64,000 nt of DNA, from the IMG/VR virus record IMGVR_UViG_3300031996_000002, one strand, 5' to 3'. Below, piece after piece: positions 1-9,780 of this stretch; position 1 is the stretch's first letter; each line of letters opens with the position of its first letter. The stretch comes from an uncultured virus (IMG/VR IMGVR_UViG_3300031996_000002) (Duplodnaviria > Heunggongvirae > Uroviricota > Caudoviricetes). Both the position numbers and the translations under genes were made by a program. The notes under the pieces were generated by a model. It was not told where the DNA came from. It did not search any database and worked only from the letters and a program-made list of their open reading frames with translations.

Positions 1-139
1 CTCCCCAGTAGAACGTCGGTGTACTCCTCGATCTCGCGGTTGATCCGGTCCACCGTGGGCAGCCCGGCAGGCAGCGGCACACTGGTCAGCCGATGTCCGA
101 ACTGGACATGGCTGGGATGTGCCGCGGTGATCCTGATGC

Positions 140-886
140 TCATGCGATCCGCGCTCTCCCCTCCGGCCACTTGGCGTTCTCACAGATCGAGGCGTACTCG
201 CACCAGCGGTACTTGCCCTCCCCGTTGAGGCACTCAGGGAGCATCGGTATCAGCTCTCTTTGTGATGTTGATTCGTTCAACCTTTCAAGCTCTTCTCGTA
301 CTGATCCTATGACTTTTTCGTCCCGGGGGACAAGGATCTCCTTGAGCTGCTGGGTGTTCTTGTCCTCGTACACCGCGTGGAACGCCTCGATGTCGGTGGC
401 CAGCATGTACGCGTGCATCTGCAGCACGTGCTCGGGCTTGGCTCCGAAAGTGTTCACCTGGCCGAAGCCGAAGGTGTTGATACTCTTGAGCTCCAGGCCG
501 TGGCCGTTGCTCAGCACCCCGTCCATGGTGCCCAGCAGGTTGTACTTGGCCAGGGCCACGCTGACCTCGGTGTCGGTGATGTACCCCGCGACCGTCCCGA
601 AGGCCTGGTGGCGCAGGTGCATGTAGTCCCCGTTGGCGAAGATGTTCATCGCCTTGTCCCCCGGGCGGACCTGCGGCATCCCCAGGTAGGTGAACTGCCG
701 GGCGCGTAGACACCCACCCGCGCTGCTGGCGCTCCAGCTGTAGGTCCGCACCCGGGTGGGTCGGTCCATGATCGTGCTCAGCGCCTGCGCCTCGGCCGCG
801 AGGTCTCGGTGCTTGAGGTAGGCGTGGTACCGGCTGATGTACCAGTCCTGCCCCTTGACGATGCGGGCGGCACTTCCAAGCTTCAC
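140..886 (-). CDS. Cas4-like / RecB-family PD-(D/E)xK exonuclease
   Basis: N-terminal SASSAGGC, DG..ELKS, QxxxY (QMHAYM) and C-terminal C..C..C cluster typical of Fe-S Cas4-like phage nucleases; no CRISPR array nearby. Confidence 0.8.
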   Translation of the reverse strand: MKLGSAARIVKGQDWYISRYHAYLKHRDLAAEAQALSTIMDRPTRVRTYSWSASSAGGCLRARQFTYLGMPQVRPGDKAMNIFANGDYMHLRHQAFGTVAGYITDTEVSVALAKYNLLGTMDGVLSNGHGLELKSINTFGFGQVNTFGAKPEHVLQMHAYMLATDIEAFHAVYEDKNTQQLKEILVPRDEKVIGSVREELERLNESTSQRELIPMLPECLNGEGKYRWCEYASICENAKWPEGRARIA

Positions 887-1071
887 GTGTCCTCCGGGCG
901 GTAGGGACAGACCTCTTCGTGGTCAGCGGTCAGGGTTGGTACGACGAACTTTGTCTCACACCACTGACAGCTCCACCGTGGGGGATACCCCGGGGCCGTA
1001 GGTCGCGCTGAGGTAGGGGTCCGGCCCGACATAGATGAGTCGGGCCCCGTCCCGGTAGACCGAGCCATCAA
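883..1071 (-). CDS. small Zn-finger-like protein (start uncertain)
   Basis: CQWC...HEEVC motif; 3' end overlaps start of the nuclease gene. Confidence 0.35.
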   Translation of the reverse strand: MMARSTGTGPDSSMSGRTPTSARPTAPGYPPRWSCQWCETKFVVPTLTADHEEVCPYRPEDT

Positions 1072-1321
1072 TCATCAGCCCCGAGGGACTGTGTCCTTCC
1101 TCGTGGGCGTACTTGTGGTGGGCTCGACACAGCGCGATCAGGTGCTGGGTCTCACCGAGCTCATCTAGGAGTACCCCTCCCCTCGCACGAGTCAGCGCAT
1201 GGTGCACCTCGATGCCGTACCGACCACATCTGGTCCAGGTCCGGGGCAGCGCAATCATCGCTTCGCAGTGGCCCCCTGACCGGGCCACCACCAACTCGTG
1301 CGAGGAGAAGGGAAGACTCAC
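956..1321 (-). CDS. HNH endonuclease
   Basis: RSGGHCE..C...EVHH..RARGG...LIALCRAHH motif. Confidence 0.75.
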   Translation of the reverse strand: MSLPFSSHELVVARSGGHCEAMIALPRTWTRCGRYGIEVHHALTRARGGVLLDELGETQHLIALCRAHHKYAHEEGHSPSGLMIDGSVYRDGARLIYVGPDPYLSATYGPGVSPTVELSVV

Positions 1322-1635
1322 TTCTTGTGGGCCGATTCCTTGGCCGACTTCTCGTTCTCCTCCTGGATGGAGGCGATCGAGACCTGGCCCTCACCCAGCG
1401 CCTCGGTGGGCTGGTTGGGCTGGGTGTCGGGAGTGCCCAGGTCGTCCACCGCGCTGGGGTAGGCGCGCTGGATGTTGTCGCGGTCCTCGAAGGGGTCCTT
1501 GTCCGCCAGCTCCTTGCGAGCCTCCTCGGCCCTCAGGTCGGCCTCGTTGCGGACCTCGTTGTGCTCCGCCTGCTTGTCGGCGGCGTTCTTCTGCGCCTGC
1601 TTGTCGGCGGTCTGCTTCTCGGTCTTCTCACTCAA
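1318..1635 (-). CDS. hypothetical charged low-complexity protein
   Basis: TTG start after GGGAGAG; overlaps both neighbours as in an operon. Confidence 0.5.
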   Translation of the reverse strand: MSEKTEKQTADKQAQKNAADKQAEHNEVRNEADLRAEEARKELADKDPFEDRDNIQRAYPSAVDDLGTPDTQPNQPTEALGEGQVSIASIQEENEKSAKESAHKK

Positions 1636-1960
1636 GATGCTCTCCCAACGTCTTGATCCGCACCCCGGTGGAATCCGGGACGGATGGCCGCGGTGGCTCA
1701 TCCGGTGCGAATCGGTGTACCTCTCTAGTCTGCTCGCCAACCTGGGCTTCGCCAGCCACAGGCACTGGCTCGGGCACCAGGCCACCCACCATCTGCTGGG
1801 ACACCCGCAGCAGGCACTGCGGTGAGCAGACGTCCAGGTTGATCGGGGGCTGGTCGGCGTACTGGGTGCTGACCCAGCCCGAGGGCACGGCCAGTACGGC
1901 CACCTCTTCGTCCAGCTCCTTCACGTCGTCACACACGTCGCAGATGATGTGTCTGCTCAT
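1628..1960 (-). CDS. hypothetical Zn-binding protein
   Basis: CDVC and CSPQC motifs; ATGA overlap with dnaE stop. Confidence 0.6.
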   Translation of the reverse strand: MSRHIICDVCDDVKELDEEVAVLAVPSGWVSTQYADQPPINLDVCSPQCLLRVSQQMVGGLVPEPVPVAGEAQVGEQTREVHRFAPDEPPRPSVPDSTGVRIKTLGEHLE

Positions 1961-4638
1961 CCCACTCCTTCGATCGATGAGAAGCCGTCGGCATCATGGA
2001 TGGCGGCCATCTTCCCGGACAGGTTGGCCAGGTCCTTGGTCGCCAGGTAGTCCTTGATGCCGGTGACCGCTCGGGGGTTCACCCGGTCGGCGAACTCACT
2101 CATGGAGCCGAAGGGTCGCCCCTCCAAGATGGCCTGCACCGCGGTGGGCCCGATGCCCTTGATGGACAGCAGCCCGCGCCGGATGCCACGGCCCCTGGGG
2201 TCCACCGAGTATCCCTCCTCGGAGTAGGACACGTCCGCCTTGAGCAGCCGGATGCCCCGGCCTCGGGTGGCGCTGACGTACTGGCGCTCCTTGTCGGTGC
2301 CGCTGGCCACGGACAGCAGCGCGGCGTGGAACTGCAGCGGGTGGTGCAACGCCAACCAGGCGCAGCGGTAGGCGGTGATGCCGTACACCGTGGAGTGAGC
2401 CCGGTTGAAGGAGTACTCCGCGAAGGCCTCCAGGGCGCCCCACAGCCAGGTCACGTCGTCGTGGGTCATCCCGGCCTGCTCGCACAGCTGGTGGACCAGC
2501 TCGCTGTACTTGGCCATGGTCACCTCGGCGGCCGCCACGTTCTTGTTCGAGGCCTTGACCGCCTTGAGGAAGACGTTGAGGTCGTCGGCGTTCATCCCCA
2601 GCGCTCGCAGCACCTCCATGATCTGGTCCTGGTAGAGCAGGATGCCGAAGGTCTCGGCGGTGGAGCGCTCGATGATCGGGTGCCGCTTGGGGGTGTGCTC
2701 CTCGCCATGCTTGCGGCGCAGGTAGGCGTCCTTGGCCCCCGAGCCCATCACCCCGGGGCGGTACAGCGCCATCGCGGCAATCACGTCGGCGATCTTGGAG
2801 GGGTGCAGCTTGCGGATCTCCCGGGCGCTGGTGGGTCCCTCCAGTTGGAACACCCCGGCCACGTCGCCGCGACCCAGCATGGTGAAGACCTTGCGGTCGT
2901 TGAGCGGGATGAAGTCCAGCCCGTCCTTGGGGTTGCGCCCCATGTTGATGATGGTGCGGCGCAGCACGTCCATGGTCTTGACCCCCAGGGCGTCGAGCTT
3001 GACCAGCCCGATGCCCTCCACGTCCTTCATGTCGTACTGGGACACATAGGTCTTGGAGGAGGCCACGTACATGATCGGGACCTGGGTCTCCAGCTCGGTG
3101 CGGCTGTTGCACAAGATGATCCCCGCGGCATGCACGCCGTAGCCACTGGCCAGCTCCAGGCTGGACAGCTTGTTCAGCTCGGCGCGCTCCTCGGGGGTGA
3201 CGTTCTCCCACTTGGGCTCCACGCCCTGCTTGCGCAGCGCGGCGAAGTACTTGACCCGCAGGCTGCCCTTGCCGTCGTCGTCACCGCTCATCGAGTAGGT
3301 GCCGAAGGTGCCGATCTGGACCACCGAGAACGACTCGCCCAGCCAGTCCAGCAGCTCCTTGCGCCGACCCGACTCCACGTCGATGTCGATGTCCGGGGGC
3401 TTGGAGCGGTCCTTGGTCAGGAACCGGTCGAAGCGGCACTTCCACTTGATCGGGTCGACGTTGGTGATATCCAGCAGCCAGCACAGCAGGCTCCCGGCCG
3501 CGCTGCCGCGGCACTGGAAGAACATGTCGACCTCGCGCATGTGGTCGGTCACCTTGGCCACCAGCAGCAGGTAGTTGGCCATCCGCGAGGCCTGCACCAC
3601 CTCCAGCTCCTCGGACAGGCGGTCTAGGTAACGACGAGAGGCCAGACCACGGCGCACGAGCTGGCCTGTGCAACGCGCACGGAGTACACCCATTGGGTCC
3701 GGTACCAGCTGAGGAACTCGGTAGTTGTACTGGTCCATCTCGGCGATGGCCATGTCGTGAAGATCGAGGAGTCGCTGAAGTCCGGCCAGTCCGGCCTCGT
3801 AGATGGCGGGGCTGTGGTGGGCTGCCATCCATGCGTCGTCGGCCATGTGGAAGCCGTCGCCGGGGAAGACCGCGTCATCCGGGTCCGGACCGAACGCCAC
3901 CAGGCGCTTGAGCGACTCATGCAGCCCACGGTCACCCTCCTCAACGTAGTGACTGTCCTGGGTGATGATCACCGGCAGGTTCAGGTCGGTGGCGATGGTG
4001 AACAGGGCCTTGGCGATCTGGGCCTCGCTGAGCACCTCGTCGCCATGGTCGATGTGGTGGGCCTGGATCTCCACGTAGGTGTCGAACCAGCTGGCCAGCG
4101 TGGCCACCAGCTGGCGGCAGGCGTCGTAGCCGTCGTTGACCAGGGTCTGGATGACCAGCCCGAAGTAGCACCCGGTGGTCAGCGCGATGCCCTCGTTCAT
4201 CCCGGTCTCGGAGAACTCGGCCAGGTCGGCCAGGTCGATCAGCGGCTTGTGGTGGAACTGGCGGTAGCTGCGGGTGCTGATCTGCACCATGTTGCGGTAG
4301 CCCTGGGTGGTGTAGGCGATCAGCCCCAGGTGGTAGCGCTTGGCCTTCTTGTCGGCCCGGTCACGCACCAGGTACATCTCGGAGCCGGGGAAGGGCTTGA
4401 TGCCTGCCTTCATGGACTCGGTGTAGAGCTTGACCGACCCTGCCATGTTGCCGTGGTCGGTCAGTGCCAACCCGCGGTAGCCCAGCTCCTTGGCCTTGGC
4501 CACCATGGCCTCGACGGTGGGCAGCGCATCGTTGTAGCTGTAGCGCGAGTGGGTGTGGGCAGACCAAAACCTGGCGTCTCGGCCCATTGACCCGTCTACG
4601 TCTTTTACAGTATTGCGCAGGATCTTTAAACGTGTCAT
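1957..4638 (-). CDS. dnaE: DNA polymerase III alpha subunit (DnaE-like)
   Basis: PHP domain (HTHSRYS, TDHGNM), RGSAAGSL, PDIDID, GVHAAG, KLDALG, YSFNRAHS, HhH IKGIG; GGAG RBS before ATG at 4638. Confidence 0.95.
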   Translation of the reverse strand: MTRLKILRNTVKDVDGSMGRDARFWSAHTHSRYSYNDALPTVEAMVAKAKELGYRGLALTDHGNMAGSVKLYTESMKAGIKPFPGSEMYLVRDRADKKAKRYHLGLIAYTTQGYRNMVQISTRSYRQFHHKPLIDLADLAEFSETGMNEGIALTTGCYFGLVIQTLVNDGYDACRQLVATLASWFDTYVEIQAHHIDHGDEVLSEAQIAKALFTIATDLNLPVIITQDSHYVEEGDRGLHESLKRLVAFGPDPDDAVFPGDGFHMADDAWMAAHHSPAIYEAGLAGLQRLLDLHDMAIAEMDQYNYRVPQLVPDPMGVLRARCTGQLVRRGLASRRYLDRLSEELEVVQASRMANYLLLVAKVTDHMREVDMFFQCRGSAAGSLLCWLLDITNVDPIKWKCRFDRFLTKDRSKPPDIDIDVESGRRKELLDWLGESFSVVQIGTFGTYSMSGDDDGKGSLRVKYFAALRKQGVEPKWENVTPEERAELNKLSSLELASGYGVHAAGIILCNSRTELETQVPIMYVASSKTYVSQYDMKDVEGIGLVKLDALGVKTMDVLRRTIINMGRNPKDGLDFIPLNDRKVFTMLGRGDVAGVFQLEGPTSAREIRKLHPSKIADVIAAMALYRPGVMGSGAKDAYLRRKHGEEHTPKRHPIIERSTAETFGILLYQDQIMEVLRALGMNADDLNVFLKAVKASNKNVAAAEVTMAKYSELVHQLCEQAGMTHDDVTWLWGALEAFAEYSFNRAHSTVYGITAYRCAWLALHHPLQFHAALLSVASGTDKERQYVSATRGRGIRLLKADVSYSEEGYSVDPRGRGIRRGLLSIKGIGPTAVQAILEGRPFGSMSEFADRVNPRAVTGIKDYLATKDLANLSGKMAAIHDADGFSSIEGVG

Positions 4639-4677
4639 TCTTACTCCAGCACCGGTTCGAGCGCCTGTGTGAGCCAA

Positions 4678-4708
4678 AGAGAGGGCCCCCTGCCATGGGG
4701 GCCCTCTC
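4678..4708. terminator. stem-loop between SSB and dnaE
   Basis: AGAGAGGGCCCC...GGGGCCCTCTCT inverted repeat. Confidence 0.6.
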
Positions 4709-4716
4709 TACTGGTC

Positions 4717-5532
4717 TCAGCCCAATGCCGCGATCAGCTGGTCAGCCAGCTCGGTGGTGTCCTCGGTGTCGGGGACCTCCAGACCGCACTGGGTGAACAG
4801 GGCCTTGATCTGCGTGGCCGACATGGCGCGCAGCTGATCCTCGCTGATCTCCTGGTCGTCCTCCTCAACCGCGGTGTCCTGCTGCGGCTGAGGCTGGCTA
4901 AAAGGGGGCTCTCCGTCCCTGTCGCTCATCGAGCCGGTCTCCGACCAGCTCTTGGGCTCCTCGCGGACAGGCTGGGGCTGCTCACGAGCCTCCTCGGGCT
5001 CACCGCCCGGAGGAGCACCCCAGACCTCGACGAAGGCGTCCATCAGCATCTTCTGGTGGTCCTTCTTCTTGGACTCGTACGAGCTCAGGTCGATGATGTC
5101 GCGCTCTTCGCGGTCCACCGAGTACGAGGTCCGGTCGTCCTTCTTGAACTTCACGATGGTGTAGTCGCGGTCCATGATGGTGCCTCCGGACTTGTCCCGG
5201 TACCGGTCCAGGTCATCGAAGGTGCTGCCGGGCAGCATCCACAGGTTCACGTAGCCATCGGTCAGGGCGTTCACGAGGTACTTCTTGCTGCCCCTGGACT
5301 CCCGCTCGTTCTCGCTGGTGCACCCCGGGCAGGTCTGCCGGTCACCGGTGCACGGGAAGTTGCGCGACTTGGCCACGTTCCAGTGGCTCCAGTACTCGGT
5401 CCAGTTGTCCATCTCCTCAAGGAACCGCATCCGGGTCTCCCCGTCCTTGAAGTACCTGATCCAATCTCCGCTGCTGTTGGTGTCCCGTGCGGCCTTGGCC
5501 TTGGGGTCACCCGCCTTGACTCCGAACTTCAT
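4717..5532 (-). CDS. single-stranded DNA-binding protein (gp32-like, Zn-binding)
   Basis: His/Cys3 motif (HW..PC....TCPGC), acidic C-terminal half, position in replication operon. Confidence 0.6.
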   Translation of the reverse strand: MKFGVKAGDPKAKAARDTNSSGDWIRYFKDGETRMRFLEEMDNWTEYWSHWNVAKSRNFPCTGDRQTCPGCTSENERESRGSKKYLVNALTDGYVNLWMLPGSTFDDLDRYRDKSGGTIMDRDYTIVKFKKDDRTSYSVDREERDIIDLSSYESKKKDHQKMLMDAFVEVWGAPPGGEPEEAREQPQPVREEPKSWSETGSMSDRDGEPPFSQPQPQQDTAVEEDDQEISEDQLRAMSATQIKALFTQCGLEVPDTEDTTELADQLIAALG

Positions 5533-5783
5533 CTACTCATCTCCTGAACGTTGCGCACTGCGGCATCCACCGCTAATCGCATCTTCTCTGTGACATGTGA
5601 CAGGGCGCGTTGGAACGCCTCGTCACTGGTTTCTCCCGGGCCGACCTTGGTGGCGACCTTGTAGGAGACCCAGGTGCCGTCGCCGTCGATCTTCAACTCG
5701 TGCGACATGCCCAGCTCGACCACGTCGCTCTCGTTGAGGCTGGCGACCGGCAGCCTGGTGCTCTTGATGGTGACCCCGCTCAT
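5529..5783 (-). CDS. hypothetical protein
   Basis: ORF with ATGA overlaps on both sides. Confidence 0.6.
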   Translation of the reverse strand: MSGVTIKSTRLPVASLNESDVVELGMSHELKIDGDGTWVSYKVATKVGPGETSDEAFQRALSHVTEKMRLAVDAAVRNVQEMSR

Positions 5784-6082
5784 CCGGCACGCTTCCCGGG
5801 CACGCGTCCAGCGGCCAGGTACTCGCGCAACTCAGCGATGTCGTCCTTGTTGTACAGGTAGACCTTCATGGCTCCCTGCCGGATCTGGTAGCTCGGGGCA
5901 GCCAACCCCGTGTTCTTGCGCCGGATCAGCCGTCGCAAGGTGGTGGGGGACACGCCGACGATCTCGGCTGCCTCCGTCAACTTGTAGTAGGTCCCATCGA
6001 GGTCGGACACGAGCCTGTCTGCGGGGGAGATCCGCGGCGCGTGCTCGGCTTCGCCCCGGGGCTCAACCTGAGTGTTCATCAA
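5780..6082 (-). CDS. MerR/excisionase-like HTH DNA-binding protein
   Basis: YKLTEAAEIVGVSPTTLRRLI HTH and YLYNKDDI wing. Confidence 0.75.
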   Translation of the reverse strand: MMNTQVEPRGEAEHAPRISPADRLVSDLDGTYYKLTEAAEIVGVSPTTLRRLIRRKNTGLAAPSYQIRQGAMKVYLYNKDDIAELREYLAAGRVPGKRAG

Positions 6083-6479
6083 CGGTGTCTTCCTTTTCGG
6101 TGAATCGCAGGTACGGCTTGGAGGGAGCCACAGAGACGAACTGGCCCACCACGATCGGGTCGACCTCTCCGGTGTCCATGGCCGCCTCCAGCCGCTTGCG
6201 GTCCAACTTCTCCACGGTGTACTTGCGGAAGGCGGTTGCTCCCAGGGCCTTGCGTAGGCCCGCCTCGTCGATCGAGGCGGTCTCCCCTTGTACGTAGGTC
6301 ACCTGGAGGCGCTTGCCGCCATCTCGGGTACTGGTGGACTTCAGCTGAGACTTGGTCATCTCAGCCATCAGCTCCTCCTCAACCAGGGCACGGCGGCGCT
6401 TGGCGTCCTCCTCGGCTCGACGTGCCTCGGCATACCGCCGCAGCAGGTCGTCCCGGTCCCTAGTCTGAGTGATTCGCAT
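6063..6479 (-). CDS. hypothetical protein with N-terminal coiled coil
   Basis: ORF overlapping both neighbours in the replication operon. Confidence 0.6.
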   Translation of the reverse strand: MRITQTRDRDDLLRRYAEARRAEEDAKRRRALVEEELMAEMTKSQLKSTSTRDGGKRLQVTYVQGETASIDEAGLRKALGATAFRKYTVEKLDRKRLEAAMDTGEVDPIVVGQFVSVAPSKPYLRFTEKEDTVDEHSG

Positions 6480-7344
6480 ACGTGGAACCTACTCTTGTCA
6501 GGTCCGAATTAGCAACCCGACTCTCCGGCTCTTCTTGCAGAATTTCCGTCAACATCTCACGTCGTTCGTGCACCGGGATGGAGGAAAGGTCCTTGTAGGT
6601 GTCCCACACCATCCGGTCCACCGGGAACAGGCTGCCCAGGGTCCGACGAACCAGCTCGTGGGCACCGTCCCCGGCATCGTCTTGGTCCTGGGCGGTCAGG
6701 ATCCGGCTGGGCTGGTAGCGCCGGATGAGCTGGGCCTGGGCCTTGGACAGCCGCGAGCCGTACAGCGCCACCCCGTGGTTGAACCCGGCCTCCCAGATCG
6801 CCATCGCATCGGTGGCGCCCTCGGTCACGATCAGCACGTCGGTCTCGGTGCGGTGCAGGTCGAAGACGTACTTGGTCACGTCCACGCCGTAGGGGTACTT
6901 GTACTTCTGGCCCCAGCCGGTCAGGTCGCGCCGGATCACCCCCAGCACCTGGCCGGTGTTGTCGCGCATCGGGATCGTCGCGGCATCCCGGTCGGCGGTC
7001 TGGCCGAGCCGGAAGTGGGCACAGGTGGCGGCATCGAAGCGGTTGCTCCAGTAGCCCCCAGGCCCGGCCGCATCGTGGATGCTCAGCCACCCCTCGGGAT
7101 AGACCTGGTGCACCGGGGTCATCTTCTCCACCACCCGGCGCACCATCCGGCGCACGTTGAGCGGGTCGTACTCGTAGCGGTCCAGGTCCACCCGGCCCCA
7201 GGTCCCGCAGGAGTAGCAGCACCACCAGCCGGTCAGCGCGTTGACGCTGGCGCTGGGGTGGTTGTCCTGGTGGGCGGGACAGGAGAAGGTGCGCTCGATG
7301 CCGCTGCCCACCGCTAGGGCCTCATCGAGGCTGGCATAGCCCAT
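6460..7344 (-). CDS. DNA primase (Zn finger + Toprim)
   Basis: CPAH.D..PS...CYSC zinc finger; VTEGATDA and DQDDAG Toprim motifs. Confidence 0.9.
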   Translation of the reverse strand: MGYASLDEALAVGSGIERTFSCPAHQDNHPSASVNALTGWWCCYSCGTWGRVDLDRYEYDPLNVRRMVRRVVEKMTPVHQVYPEGWLSIHDAAGPGGYWSNRFDAATCAHFRLGQTADRDAATIPMRDNTGQVLGVIRRDLTGWGQKYKYPYGVDVTKYVFDLHRTETDVLIVTEGATDAMAIWEAGFNHGVALYGSRLSKAQAQLIRRYQPSRILTAQDQDDAGDGAHELVRRTLGSLFPVDRMVWDTYKDLSSIPVHERREMLTEILQEEPESRVANSDLTRVGSTYANHSD

Positions 7345-7508
7345 CAGCGCACCAACTCCTCCAGGATCACCCGACGCATCAGCTCGAAGGGGTCGACGTG
7401 CCGCTCCCGGGCGCAGTCGAACAGGTCCTCCAGCTCCTGGTCCGACAGCTTCACCGGAAGGGTGTTCATGTGCAGTACCGCTGGCTTGGTCCCTGCGTCA
7501 GCATTCAC
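7344..7508 (-). CDS. small ribbon-helix-helix-like protein (not in ORF track)
   Basis: 54-aa ORF ...TLPVKLSDQELEDLFDCARERHVDPFELMRRVILEEL; TGATG overlap with the primase start. Confidence 0.55.
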   Translation of the reverse strand: MNADAGTKPAVLHMNTLPVKLSDQELEDLFDCARERHVDPFELMRRVILEELVR

Positions 7509-7514
7509 TTGGGG

Positions 7515-8750
7515 TCAGTCCTCCTCTGAGAGATCTTTGATGTCATCCGCCTGGTCCCGGGTGATCTCCTCGTAGTTGCCGTTGTTGGCATCGAACGCGG
7601 CGAAGTAGCAGTGCCCGGAGGCGCCGTGGCGGTTCTTCTCCACGGAGATCACTGCGGCCCCCCGGCCGTAGTCCTTCATGGTGAGCACCACGTCGCCGTC
7701 GTTGCCCAGGTGGTCACTCTGGGCCAGGTGGTGCAACCGCGGCGGGTGCCAGCTGGTGCTGACCCCCTCACGGTTGATCTGGGCGGCAGCCACGATCCGG
7801 CTGCGCTTGCTCAAGGCGATCTGCTTGAGCTCGTTGGAGATCTCGGCGATCACCCGGTAGTCCTTGATGGCCGGGGTGCCGTCGTCGGCCTTCACCAGGC
7901 CGATGTAGTCCACGAAGATCTGGTCGTACTCGCTGGCCCGGGCGGCGATCACCGAGGGGGTCACCATGCCCAGGTCCGGGGTGTGGATATCGATCCGCCC
8001 GGTGATCCGGTCCTCAATGTCGCCCAACAGGGTCTTGTATGCCGTGGAGTCGAACCGGCGGTGCAGCATCTCGGTGTGGTTGACCGTGTGCCCCAGCATC
8101 CGGCCCAGGATCACGTGGGACTTCACCTGGACCTGCCGCTTGGTCATCTCCAGGGAGTAAAACAGCACCCGGTTGCCCTTGCGGGCGCTCTCGCAGGCCA
8201 TGTTGACCAGGAAGCTGGACTTGCCCTTGCCCTGCCGGGCGGCGAAGTACCACAGCTCCCCAGGGCCCTGGCCGTTGGTCACCCCCTGCAGGGTGTTCCA
8301 CGGCATCGGGATCCGGACCTCCTGGGTGTCGTGGTAGTCGTCCATGAAGGCCGGGTCGACCAGCGCGCTGACCGGCTTGGCGCTGACCGTCTCCAGGCGC
8401 AGGGGGGTGATCTGCTCGTAGGCCTCCTCGACCTGACCCTTGGCCAGGTGGTCGGTCGCCCGCATCACCGCCTTGGTGAGCTGACGGGCCGAGAACGCCC
8501 GCTTGACCTCGGTTGCAGGCCATCGGACGTCTTGCTGCTCATCGGTATGCGGGAAGCCCGGATAGGCGGTCTGCAGGGCCGCCACGGTGGGGCAGACCCC
8601 GTACTGGGTCCAGTAGCTCAAGATCCACTCGTACTCGTCCCGGTAGCCCACGAAGTGGGCCGGGAGGATGCCGTACTGCTTGGCTTCGCTTGGATCCATG
8701 CGGTTGAGAAGGGCACTGAGCAGCAGAGTCTCAGGCGTTGTGCGCGCCAT
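7515..8750 (-). CDS. DnaB-like replicative helicase
   Basis: Walker A ARQGKGKS, SLEM, FVDYIGL, AQINR, EKNRHG motifs. Confidence 0.92.
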   Translation of the reverse strand: MARTTPETLLLSALLNRMDPSEAKQYGILPAHFVGYRDEYEWILSYWTQYGVCPTVAALQTAYPGFPHTDEQQDVRWPATEVKRAFSARQLTKAVMRATDHLAKGQVEEAYEQITPLRLETVSAKPVSALVDPAFMDDYHDTQEVRIPMPWNTLQGVTNGQGPGELWYFAARQGKGKSSFLVNMACESARKGNRVLFYSLEMTKRQVQVKSHVILGRMLGHTVNHTEMLHRRFDSTAYKTLLGDIEDRITGRIDIHTPDLGMVTPSVIAARASEYDQIFVDYIGLVKADDGTPAIKDYRVIAEISNELKQIALSKRSRIVAAAQINREGVSTSWHPPRLHHLAQSDHLGNDGDVVLTMKDYGRGAAVISVEKNRHGASGHCYFAAFDANNGNYEEITRDQADDIKDLSEED

Positions 8751-8887
8751 GGTTGATACGTCCTGTTCGTCGGTTCGAGCGGTACCCAACCTAGTCGGTT
8801 GCGACTTGGGTTGACAACAGTGACCGCGTCGTGGTGGGCGTGTCGCTGTCTCTCCCCATGCCCTCAGTGTCCGACGGCGTGAAAGCC

Positions 8888-8930
8888 TTGAGAATTGTCA
8901 TTCAAAGGAGTAAAATAGAGGTACATGGCG
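8888..8930 (+). promoter_or_regulatory. sigma70/SigA-like early promoter
   Basis: TTGAGA-17 nt-TAAAAT at the strand divergence; downstream AGAGGTACA shared with the promoter at 25517. Confidence 0.7.
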
Positions 8931-8993
8931 GAGCTGTGCCCAAGAGGAAGGGGCGCGGCTCCGCCTTTGTCATGCCACGAGAAAGGAAGCCAG

Positions 8994-9383
8994 ATGACTG
9001 AGGAGAACTCCAGTGTGGAGCGCTACTCGCCCGCCTGGACTGCCCGGTTCAAGGAGCTCAATGGCCCCTCGTCCTCGGTAGCCGTAGGACCCCCTGGGGA
9101 CTCCACCGAAGCGGTGGTCTCCGGGGTGATCACCCAAGCCACCATGAAGGTCAGCATGACGGGCACCGAGGCCGCGCTGATCACGGAGTTCGCCCTGCGC
9201 GGGGTCACCAACCCACACGCCACCATCCCCATGGTGGGGATGTTCGTGCACCCCAACGATGCCGGTGAGCTGCTGACCAGCCTGCTCGACTGCCTCTACT
9301 GCGACACCGTGGTCGCCAAGGTGATCGACATGCTCAAGGCGCACGAGGACAGCGACTGTCCCGATCCGGCGCACCAGCAATGA
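8994..9383 (+). CDS. hypothetical protein
   Basis: AAAGGA RBS; first gene after the promoter. Confidence 0.6.
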   Translation: MTEENSSVERYSPAWTARFKELNGPSSSVAVGPPGDSTEAVVSGVITQATMKVSMTGTEAALITEFALRGVTNPHATIPMVGMFVHPNDAGELLTSLLDCLYCDTVVAKVIDMLKAHEDSDCPDPAHQQ

Positions 9384-9778
9384 GCGTCTACACGCTGCAC
9401 CTGGGCGCGCTGATGACCAGTGCGTCCTACCGCATGCGGCTCAGCGACTACGAGAGCGCCCAGGTCGTCGAGAGCGCCAAGCCGGGCGTCTTTGTGATCA
9501 CCACCGACGCGGAGCTGACCTATCAGGTGGTCTCCGACAGCGACTCGTGGTCCCAGTGGGGCGAGCACCTGGCGGACGGCACCATGCACCTGACGGTGGG
9601 GCTGACGCACATGCCAAGCACCACCGAGGTCCAGTTGATCTACCGCGCCATCGCCAAGGCGCTGCGCGGCGGTCGGCTGGCGGACTGGGTGGCGCTGACC
9701 AACGCCGAGAACTGGTCCGAGCACGTCGGGGTCTACCTGGCTGCTCCGGACGTGCCGATGCACTTTCTGGAGGAATAA
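9380..9778 (+). CDS. hypothetical protein
   Basis: ATGA overlap with upstream gene. Confidence 0.6.
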   Translation: MSVYTLHLGALMTSASYRMRLSDYESAQVVESAKPGVFVITTDAELTYQVVSDSDSWSQWGEHLADGTMHLTVGLTHMPSTTEVQLIYRAIAKALRGGRLADWVALTNAENWSEHVGVYLAAPDVPMHFLEE

Positions 9779-9780
9779 CC

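Noticed and set aside
140..886. CRISPR-Cas system suggested by the Cas4-like gene
   Set aside because: No repeat-spacer array or other cas genes seen; solo Cas4-like nucleases are common in phage replication modules.
5780..6082. Excisionase implying an integration module
   Set aside because: No integrase or att-like site is visible in the window; lifestyle cannot be determined.
1957..8750. Inteins or introns in polymerase, primase or helicase
   Set aside because: Sizes are normal or short and no splicing or homing-endonuclease motifs are visible.
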